DNA from: Trichosphaerium sp. ATCC 40318
Taxonomy: Eukaryota > Protista > Tubulinea
Direction of reading: 5' to 3'
Length of the DNA stretch: 64,000 bases
Assembly (NCBI GenBank): GCA_038496445.1
Contig: JALMLS010000596.1
Location: 62,001 to 126,000, forward strand
Shown piece after piece: positions 54,029-64,000 of this stretch; the stretch's first letter is position 1, and every line of letters starts with the position of its first letter. The notes under the pieces are model-generated. The model did no database searches. It was not told the DNA's origin and saw only the letters and a program-made list of their open reading frames with translations. A program made the translations under genes and the position numbers.

Positions 54029-55420
54029 CACAAGTCCATGAAGTTACACTTGTGAGTTTGATCGGTTTATTTAATTCTAAACACAAATAGAGTATTGCTG
54101 TAACTGTTGCATACTTGCAGGCTCTTGGAAGTATCGAAAATATTGCAAATCACATTTCAGAAGGTGCTGTTATTGTTGTAGATTATACTCTTTTCAATCT
54201 TATCATATTAATTAGCTGTCGATCAATTAATGTTTGGCTTGAAATGGATGTGGTAAGGAAAAAAACGACTATCGTTTTTATGCGTTTAGTGATGAATGGT
54301 ACAATGTGATAGCTCAATGCTGTGGAAACACAGCCATGGGTATATTATCCCATAACTGTTCTTCATATCGACAAACAGGCAGAACACTGAATGGAATATT
54401 GTGCGGAAATGTAAGTCTTTTTATTTTATTGTTAATCAGTGTACAATTCAAATTATTAGAGTTGATAATTTAACCTTCTCAGTATCCGCCACAAACAGAA
54501 TTTGCAACCTTGGCGAGACCAAAAAATAGGAAAAAAAAAACGTCGTTTCACAAGTTCCTACTGTCGTTTTCTACTTTCTTGTCTACAATAATTTGTTGAA
54601 TTGCGCCGACCGTTGGGGATCTTGCCCTGCAAAGAGATATTATGGCGTACGCACTTCTCCATTGTCTACGCTTTTCAACTTTCGACTCACTTTAAAGTAT
54701 AGTATCAACACATATCAGGCAAGAAAAACTGTGGTAAACGATGCAATCAGAGAACACCTAGCGCTGGAAGATGTAATAATTTGGTTGGTATCATGGAGGC
54801 TGTGGATAACGTAGCCCGCTATAAATGTGAATAAGCGAATAAGTGAGTGTATCTATATAGTAACCACATCCATGTTGTATGTGACTTGGTATCTCAGTGC
54901 TAGTGTTAAGCAAACTATAAATAAATTGCTTGTTGGCATTTTCTTTTTTTATTTTGAAGCCTTTCAACCCATTGAGCCACTAGTGATGCTACGATAAAAC
55001 GATTAAGCAAGTGTATGACACGTGTGAATGCAGATGATATGTATGCTATCGCAATTATTGCATGCCTTGGTAATTACAACCCACTTATTAAAAAAATTTT
55101 GAGTTTAGTCGTGGTGGTAAGTTGCCTGGTTTATACGGTACAACTAGAACCACGCATCGAAATGGTAATTGTGAAGGAGGTGATCAATTAGGTCCTTGCT
55201 ATTCATGTGGCGTCTTTACTTGAGTACTTTTTACAACATTTCTGTAGGTGACGTAAGCTGGGCTTCTTCAACGACTCAATACCTGTACTTTGGTAACTTC
55301 GAAATATCTACAAGCTGTAGTCGTTCTTCAGGACCTGCAAACCAAATGTGCCTAAGGCAAACAGTACAGGATCAGGATCTAGAACAGTGCGAACATATGA
55401 GTTGTTTCATTTTATTTGTA

Positions 55421-55530
55421 GGAAACAGGTTACTGTATCTACAAACAATAATTCTGGTACTGGATTCTGTATCAAGGTTTTCTCTTGAACCTATTGGAAA
55501 AGATTGTAGTTTGAGACGGCAGCTATATAC
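55421..55530 (+). repeat. Diverged ~110-bp repeat, copy 1 (inverted copy at ~58461-58575)
   Basis: aaacaggttactgt..ctggtactggattc.gtatcaaggtt.tctcttga..ctattg..aaagatt aligns to the reverse complement of 58461-58575. Confidence 0.75.
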
Positions 55531-55811
55531 TTCAATCTGGGACAAACTGGTTGTAGCTCATAGCATTCACTTCTCACTATAACCTTAAAATAAACAATCT
55601 TATTTAGGCTAATATGAGTGGATTCTTGCCATTTTTGTGCAGTTACTTGCTGTGATCACAAATCCTACTCACAATGATATTTCCCGCGTCTGTGAGTGCT
55701 CTTTGGTCACTCGCTTGTAAAAGAGAATTGTTTAGTGCAAAGTCAATGTCTATCTAACTTACAAATAAATCTCGCGTTCCAGTTAATTACCCAACCTTGT
55801 CGACAATTAAA

Positions 55812-58046
55812 ATGAATTGTAAAGTCACGTGGCTATTTGTTTTATTGGCACTGATACAATTGACTCTTTCGGTTACTGTACAATTACATTGGGAGGTAAA
55901 AGAGATGCTAGCGTATCCAGATGGCATGCTACAAGCAGTGGTACAATTATTTCTTCGTTATCTCTCCACAAGCTCTTAACTTGTGTTAGATAGCTATTAA
56001 TGGCGCATTTCCTGGTCCTACTATACGTATAGACATGGGCGACGTACTACACGTGACTGTAAAGAATTTATTGAGCGAAACGACATCAGTCCATTGGCAT
56101 GGCATTGAACATAATTTTGGTAACGCATCGACATTTATGGACGGCGTTGAAGGTGTAACACAATGTGGTATACGTCCAGGATACTCATTTACATATAAAT
56201 TTACGCCACAGGCGCCAGGGACGCACTGGTAATGCATTTAGGCTTTTTTCATAATTGTATCACGTACCTACAATTTTAGGTATCATGCTCATTCTCATGG
56301 TCAACGTACAGAAGGGTTCTATGGTACACTCATAGTAAATCCAACAAATGAATCAGCGAATCCTCTTCCCATTGAGTACAGATACGATGAAGATTTTGTT
56401 GTGATGGTACATGAAGCGTATGTAGTGTATTGAACTTTGACTTTCAATGATAATTTATCTGTTAGGTATCACGTGTCAGATAAGAGGCGAGTGGAAATAT
56501 ATGACCATGCTACATCAGTTGATGAAGTTTCCTGTGTCCAATCTCTTCTGTGTAATGGCAAAGGAGTCTTTAACTGCTCAATGGTATGTACTGTTAGCAT
56601 TGCGAAGGTTCTCTGACACATTGCGATAGGTAGGACAGAATGTATCATACCCGTACTGTCCTCAACATTTGTACAATACATACAGCGATTGTCGTGAAGG
56701 AGAATACGAAAGATATTCAGGTACACTAAGAACCGATTATATGACGTTACACTCCTTTTTAAAATACTTTAGTTACAACGGGTAATACGTACATGTTGCG
56801 TATAGTTGCTGCAATGTCTGATTTGGACTTTGTGTTTTCAGTTGATGATCACGATGTTGACGTACGTCAATTGGTTTACTCTTGTTCTTTCTCGCTAACG
56901 TACTTAGATAATAGCAAGTGACTCACACTTTACAAAACGTCTATCATCTGGAGGATTTATTTTACACAGTGGCGAGACGTATGATGTACTTCTTACAGCA
57001 AACAAAGAATCAGGTACGAAAATAATTATTATTGTATTTGAGCATTTTTCCTCTAATTGTGTATGCCAGGTAGCTTCTGGATTCGACTTGAGTTCCCTGC
57101 TGAAGGTATGAATAGTAAGTATTCAAACCTTTTAAACGTGAGTCCATCTAGGAAGCAAGAACGAGGCTGATAATCACAAATTCGCAATCTTAAGCTACAA
57201 TGGAGATGAATCAATTCCAGTTTCAACAACAAATCAACATGATCGTATCCTTGACACAATCGATCAATTAGAGCCTTACTACTATCGCCAAGTACCTGGT
57301 TTTAATAAGGAAATAGAAATGACATTCAATTCTATAAAAGGTCCCACGTTTACAGTAAATGATGTAGCCTTTGAAGTACCCGAAACACCTTTTATTTTCG
57401 GAGGTGGAAATAAAGATTCATTGTACACAGTGCCTCTTGGCTCTTGGGTTCAAATAGTTTTGAACAACCCTTTCAACAGGTAAGGGCTTTATCATTTTTT
57501 CAACATATGAAGAACCTACCTCCTAAACGCTCTTATACAAACATACACTCACTTTTTTCTAGTGGATTCCATCCAATGCATATTCATGGTCACTCTTTCT
57601 ATGTGATGGGTAGTGGCGCTTACAATGGTTCATACAAAAGCGAGTATAGTAAAGATTTTAAAGAACATCCTGTGTTGAAACACACCGCATTAATGCCACC
57701 GAAGGGTTGGACTGTCGTTCGATTTAAAGCAGATAATCCAGGATTTTGGTTCCTTCATTGTCACAAAGAACTTCATTTTGAGAAAGGTATGGCTGCAGTG
57801 ATCAATGAATTTGGCGGTCCTTTACGTGTACCTGAAGATGTAGATATGTGGTGTGTAAATAGACAAAACTCTTGGTGGGATAGAATCTCTTTAGGTGAAA
57901 AAATGAGTATTGTGTTTGTGCCGATAGGAGTAGCATTGATATTAATGACTGTATGGGCTGTATATGCTACTGTCATGTGGCGTAGAGCTTCTAGAAGCAG
58001 ACTAAGAGACAACTATGAAGAGCTAGTTTCTACTATCACAACGTGA
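55812..58046 (+). CDS. Multicopper oxidase (laccase/ascorbate oxidase/Fet3-like), type I membrane protein, paralogue 1
   Basis: Signal peptide; HWHG, WYHAH, HPMHIHGH, HCHKELHFEKGM; C-terminal TM helix (IVFVPIGVALILMTVWAVYATVMW). Confidence 0.93.
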
Positions 58047-58460
58047 CAAAACATCATGTTTAATCATTGTAACAAAAAAAACTTTAATTGCGAACTTGTG
58101 TTAAGTGTGGATTTGGCATTAATCAATTCTAGCTCATAGTCCACCGTCAGAAAATACATAATTTGTACACTCAAAATCTAAAGTTACTAAATACACTGAG
58201 CATTAAAGCGTCAAACGGGCACTGTGCCAAAGAACTTTGCATTTACTATGATTAAACATTATCAAACTTTGACTTTTCCTCTTACCCCAACGAAATATTA
58301 CTTTTTTTTTTGCATGTTAAATGATTTATTAGGTATAAGACTGGTCGATTACTTATGGTTTTTTATGAAAGTCAGACATCATGTATTGAGTTTATAGTCA
58401 ATGAAGGTAGTGGTAGCAAAAGCTCATGACGCGTGTAGTTACCTACAGTGATTGCTATGC

Positions 58461-58575
58461 CCCTATTGAAGTTGTAGCGCCTTCAGATCTCCAATCTTTC
58501 TCAATAGCGTCAAGAGAAACCTTGATACGGAATCCAGTACCAGAATGTTGGTTTGTACACAGTAACCTGTTTTCT
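58461..58575 (-). repeat. Diverged ~110-bp repeat, copy 2 (inverted)
   Basis: Reverse complement matches 55421-55530. Confidence 0.75.
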
Positions 58576-58789
58576 TGAGAACATTTAGCTACTTGTTCGC
58601 GTCAACGAAGTGTCATTGAAGTCTTCAAAATGTGCTTTTTTCTGGAACATTCACCGGAAATTGTTTTTATATCACCTGGTGATCTGTTCACACCTTTGGC
58701 CGCAAACATCGGGTGGAAAAGTGAGGAGAACTTGGTGGCCACGTCATACTTAGTTCTCTTATTCTTAGGTGTACTTACCAAGTAGTAAA

Positions 58790-61078
58790 ATGAGTTGTAA
58801 AATCACGTGGCTGTTTGTTTTACTGGCCCTGATACAATTTGCTCTTTCGGCAACTGTGCGATTAAACTGGGAGGTAAAAGAGATGCTAGCGTATCCAGAT
58901 GGCATGCTACAAGCAGTGGTATAGTTATTTCTTCGTTATCTCTCCACAAGCTCTTAACTTGTGTTAGATAGCTATTAATGGCGCATTTCCTGGTCCTACT
59001 ATACGTATAGACATGGGCGACGTACTACATGTGACTGTAAAGAATTTATTGAGCGAAACAACATCAGTCCATTGGCATGGCATTGAACATAATTTTGGCC
59101 ATGCATCGACGTTTATGGACGGTGTTGAAGGTGTAACGCAATGTGGCATACGTTCAGGATACTCATTTACATATAAATTTACGCCACAGGAACCAGGGAC
59201 GCACTGGTACTTTAATCAAAGATAAACTTCGTAATAATTTCAATTACCTACAATTTTAGGTATCATGCTCATTCTCATGGTCAACGTACAGAAGGGTTCT
59301 ATGGTACACTCATAGTAAATCCAACAAATGAATCAGCAAATCCTCTTCCAAACGAGTACAGATACGACGAAGATTTCGTTGTGATGGTACATGAAGCGTA
59401 TGTAGATTATTTTTCGGACTCGAAAATTCTGTTTATAATATTTTGTTAGCTATCACGTGTCAGATAAGAGGCGAGTGGAACTGTATGAGCAAGCTACGTC
59501 ATTGGATGATGTTTTCTGTGTCCAATCTCTTCTGTGTAATGGCAAAGGAGTCTTTAACTGCTCAATGGTATGTGTAGTGTTAGCATTGCGAAGGTTCTCT
59601 GACACATTGCGATAGGTAGGACAGAATGTATCATACCCGTATTGTCCTCAACATTTGTACAATACATACAGCGATTGTCGTGAAGGAGAATACGAAAGAT
59701 ATTCAGGTACACTAAGAACCGTTTATATGACGTTACACTCCTTTTTAAATACTTTAGTTACAACGGGTAATACGTACATGTTGCGTATAGTTGCTGCAAT
59801 GTCTGATTTAGACTTTGTGTTTTCAGTTGATGATCATGATGTTGATGTAAGTCGATTTGGTATGTTACTCTTGTTCTCGCTAATCTTGTATTTTAGATAA
59901 TATCAAGTGATGCACATTTTACTAAACGTCTATCATCTGGAGGATTTCATTTACACAGTGGTGAGACGTACGATGTACTTCTTACAGCAAACAAAGAATC
60001 AGGTACGAAATAATTTAGTGTACTTTGTTCTATCTAATAGTGTATGTTAGGTAGCTACTGGATTCGACTTGAGTTTCCTGCTGAAGGTACAAAAAGCGAA
60101 TAACCTTTCATAACTATTAAACGTGAGTCCATCTAGGAAGTAAGAACGAGGCTGATAATCACAAATTCGCAATCTTAAGCTACAATGGAGATGAATCAAT
60201 TCCAGTTTCAACAACAAATCAACATGATCGTATTCTTGACACAATCACTCAATTAGAGCCTTACTACTATCGCCAAGTACCCGGATTTAATACGGAAACA
60301 TATATGAGGTTCGAACCTGGGCCTACTGAAGGTCCTAGCTGGACAGTAAATGATGTAGCCTTTGAAGTACCCGAAACACCTTTTATTTTCGGAGGTGGGA
60401 ACAAAGATTCAATGTACACAGTGCCTCTTGGCTCTTGGGTTCAAATAGTTTTGAACAACCCTTTCAACACGTACGCTTGTCATACCTTACTACTTACTTA
60501 GCGACAGACTGAACACTTAATTCACTTTTTTCTAGTGGATTCCATCCAATGCATATTCATGGTCACTCTTTCTATGTGATGGGTAGTGGCGCTTACAATG
60601 GTTCATACAAAAGCGAGTATAGCAAAGATTTTAAAGAACATCCTGTACTGAAACATACCGTATCTATGCCACCGAACGGTTGGACTGTCGTTCGATTTAA
60701 AGCAGACAATCCAGGATTTTGGTTCCTTCATTGTCACAAAGAACTTCATTTTGCAAAAGGTATAAAAATAGGCTTGATACTACCTCTTTTTGTGATTAAC
60801 AAGTGATAGGTATGGCTGCAGTGATTCATGAATTTGGTGGGCCATTACATGTACCTAGAGACATAGAAAAGTGGTGTGTTAACGGGCAAAAACCTTGGTG
60901 GGATAGAATCTCTTTAGGTGAAAAAATAAGTGTTGTGTTTGTACCGATAGGAGTAGTATTGGTATTAACGATTGTATGGGCTGTATTTACTACTATTATG
61001 TGGCGTAGGTCTTATAGAAAAGACAAACTACGAAACAACTATGAAGAGATTGTTACTTCTACTACTATATCAACGTAG
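58790..61078 (+). CDS. Multicopper oxidase, type I membrane protein, paralogue 2 (tandem duplicate)
   Basis: Same Cu-binding motifs and near-identical exons to 55812-58046. One extra intron at 60760-60809. Confidence 0.93.
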
Positions 61079-61844
61079 CAAAAACTTTGTGTCAAATGAT
61101 TGTAACGGGGGAAACAAAGCGTTGGTGAGAATTTGGTACTCCGTTATTGTCTCAGTTACAAAGGTATTTACTTACATCATCTTGAAACCGTTTGTAGTCA
61201 TTAGCTACCTACTTAGACTACGTAATACGAAGCAAACGCTTTACAAGAAAAAACCAAGAAAACTTGTTTTAGCAAATTGCCACCATCGCTCGCACTGGTG
61301 AAGTGTTGGTTAGGTTTTGATTGTGTCGCTCTTAACCGCATTCACGTAACACTTTTCACAGTTACGTGTACCTTTTATAAACAAATCTTGTAACCGATTG
61401 AGTAAACTTCCTGCATGGAGTAGCCATGGCATAAAAAAACAAACCGAAAGTATTAGATATGGTTCACTTAATTAAAAAGACACTTACTGTGTCAACAGTA
61501 TTCTATTTTCTTACACACAGTCGATATAGCAACTGCATAAATGGTACGATATAAAACCACTATTTTTAAGCAATTGAATGCGTTGTTAGCTATTTTTAAC
61601 GCAACGCTGTTTTTTACTCTAAATCGACTATCGCTCGCAGCGATATGAATTTTACAGTATGTATTCGCTAATAATCAATAGAGCAAGAAAAAAAAGAACA
61701 ATTGCCTCAAAACGCGCGAATACCCTTTGCCAGGTGACGTAGCCTTAGGCAGTATGCACGCAGTAGTAACGAATCAAGGAATCGTACGTCTGTTTCAATA
61801 CCCACTCCGAGTTGTGGCTTAATCTGCTGTTAGGCTTACTTAGC

Positions 61845-62697
61845 GGAGCAGCGATTCTTGCTCAAAGTTGACCTCGGAATTCCAAATAACAAGCCGGTCA
61901 TTACAAGATTTCTTCGTGGAGACTTTTGTAGCTCAATGTCTCTGACATGTGATGAAGTAACATTGATAATCCTTAAGCATAGCGGGTGCACCTTAAGAAA
62001 CCTGGGAACTGGACAAGAGAGAAATCTTACCATGAATTACAAAGGAAAAGATATTTTAGCAAATGGAAGCGAACTAGTTTATGTTTGTGCTGATTCACAA
62101 AATGCTAATATCTGTTACGCTTTTCTAGCAACTGTAGCTATTGATGCATCTCTTGCTGGTATATACAAGTGTAAACTTGATGAACCAAATGCAGATGTTG
62201 AGTTCTATGCGGACATGCCTGACAAGTTTATTGAGAACGGAGGTTTCATAAAGTTTTGTGATCACGTGGTGTTTAATGGAGTGCCTTCGCTGTTTTATGT
62301 TTGTGTACCCACAAGCTACGCTGGTTGCATTGTACGACATTTTATATCGGATGGTACTGGATCAACTCGGCGTCTTGAGATGTATAACTTTGGATACGGT
62401 GCGAGCTATCACACATTTAGAGGCGATAATCCAGTTTCAAATCAAACGGACTTAAGCTTCTTTGTGCAAACTAACCAGCAATTGATGTGGCATGATTTAA
62501 ACTCAGACAACTACCAAGCTTTTAACATTAGCGGTGCTAACACTATTCTCATGTGGCAAGGAACGCTATATGCTTTTGCATCAGCGAAGAAGAAACTTAT
62601 TTACACTTATTGTTCAGACTTAAAAAAGCTAAAGTGTAATCCTTCAAATGACTTTCTCGATTATTTGGCAAAGCGTCAAGACAACGACCACGCGTAA
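61845..62697 (+). CDS. Unknown beta-rich protein (long terminal exon; 5' exons unresolved)
   Basis: Uninterrupted 279-codon ORF preceded by a TTAG acceptor. No family recognised. Confidence 0.55.
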
Positions 62698-62821
62698 AAA
62701 ATATTATATACCTTGGAGAGAGTATGTATGTCTATAAGAGACAGCAAGTACCCAAAATATGTTGTATGTACAAAGTTTTTATTAAATTTATCTTTTCTCG
62801 TAAATGTACAAGTTTTTTTGT

Positions 62822-63214
62822 TTATTTAACTTTCTGCCCTGCTCCTGCGATAGGCTCTGGTTCGTTAAATTTCATTATTTCTAGTATTTGCTCAATGTCA
62901 TTTTCTTTATAGTCAGGTTCATACGTTACATTCACAGTGTTAACAAATAACCATTCTTTTGGAAGTCCCTACAAAGCAGTTAGTTGCTGTTCAGAGGCGC
63001 TAGTCAGAGCTTACAGTCAAACCAGTTTCTTTGCTGTATTGCACGTGGAAATTGGTTTGCAGGTTATAAGGTTCAGATATGTCTAAAGGAACGTTGCTCG
63101 CAACAGAGTTACCTGTACAACGCCGTTAACATTAAAATAAGAAAGTGTAGTGCTGTTACCAGTTGATTTTGTATTCTTTTGAAACCTTTTCTTTATTTGC
63201 CTCCATAATGACAT
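62822..63214 (-). CDS. Small stand-alone CRIB/PBD plus PAK-autoinhibitory-like protein
   Basis: Spliced LDISEPYNLQTNFHVQYSKETGLT/GLPKEW..IEQILEIMKF..KVK*. The 5' end is unresolved. Confidence 0.65.
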
Positions 63215-63435
63215 TTTTTCGTCCGCAAAGGGTGTGAAGAGCGGTTTGAAGGTATTAGAGCGGTTGGTGGCGCTTTTTTTCTTAAGCGTTTTAAACTACC
63301 AGATTTTCCAAATATTACGTGAAAGGGTCTAAATAAAAACCGAGCGAGCCGGCTCACTATTCGTTCAAATAAAGAGGAACGCAAGATATAAAGTCAATTT
63401 TGTTCTATCGATAAGTTTTTTAAAGCGTACCAAAC

Positions 63436-64000
63436 ATGTCAAACGAAAGCTCTGACGAAGAATTTTCTGATTTTGAGGATGAAGAAGATTTCCTAGCTCA
63501 ACGCGCTAAATGGAATGATCAAGAGCGTATCGCCGAAAAGCCAAACAAATATGGTACGGGAACTACAAAAACAAATAAAACAGCGAGCGGCAAAACGTTT
63601 TTTTTGTGTTGGAGAAAAAACCAACCGTTTTGTCTCTCTTTTGTAAAAAAAAACATTAATATGGCACGTGGGTACCTAAAAACAAAAAAACGTGCTAAAA
63701 TAACAACAGCAAATGCGGTTTTTCTCTTTTTTCATTAATCTGATTCTGTGATGTTAGGCCTCGTTGATCCAGAGCACTTTATGATAAGAAGGACATTCAA
63801 CACAAGCGGCTTTGTTAAAAAGTTTCCACCCAAAATTAAAGGCTCAAGGAAGCAAACTGTGTTTAAAACAATACAAGGGTTTTATGGCAATAAACACGGT
63901 ACAGCATCTTCAAAAGTGGTTGTTACGAAAGTAGATGTCGCAAAGTTCCCTGAAAACGGAGGTACAAATTATTCATCACCAACAACGCTTGAACGACGCA
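63436..64000 (+). CDS. 3'-partial protein with acidic N-terminus, unknown function
   Basis: MSNESSDEEFSDFEDEEDF.., then an intron, then an open frame LVDPEHFMIRRTF.. running off the window end. Confidence 0.6.

Noticed and set aside
54090-55400. Scattered exon-like fragments on the + strand
   Set aside because: Could not be assembled into a consistent frame or family.
1-64000. Alternative genetic code or selenocysteine to explain the fragmented ORFs
   Set aside because: In the genes spliced, the stops fall in GT/GC-AG introns, and TAA, TAG and TGA all serve as terminal stops.

Overview
This is gene-dense, AT-rich eukaryotic nuclear DNA in the standard genetic code. It has very many short spliceosomal introns (mostly ~37-110 nt, GT-AG, occasionally GC-AG), so the ORF track shows only exon fragments. 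I spliced the genes by hand, and exon boundaries are my reading rather than transcript-confirmed. Gene content suggests a free-living amoeboid or phagotrophic protist (inference). About 20 genes are supportable: a 5'-partial ARM-SPRY-TLDc-UBA-galactose-binding-like multidomain protein, two secreted Pro/Thr-repeat proteins, a minimal PI3K-like kinase, an omega-like GST, a CAP/Srv2 homologue lacking WH2, a secreted SxxK serine beta-lactamase/PBP-fold protein, a PstS-domain class-C GPCR, a PH protein, two F-box proteins, mitochondrial Met-tRNA formyltransferase, a SAM methyltransferase, a carotenoid oxygenase with PTS1, an N-formylglutamate amidohydrolase-like protein, two tandem membrane-anchored multicopper oxidases and a stand-alone CRIB/PAK-autoinhibitory microprotein. 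There is also a decayed intronless pseudogene. The best candidate for an undescribed system is an ~8-kb gene (42292-50249). It encodes a predicted N-myristoylated protein with about six beta/gamma-crystallin domains (one split by two nested MIR beta-trefoils), jacalin-like and PA14-like modules, and a hydrophobic C-terminus reminiscent of alpha-pore-forming toxins. No tRNA, rRNA or CRISPR array was recognised.
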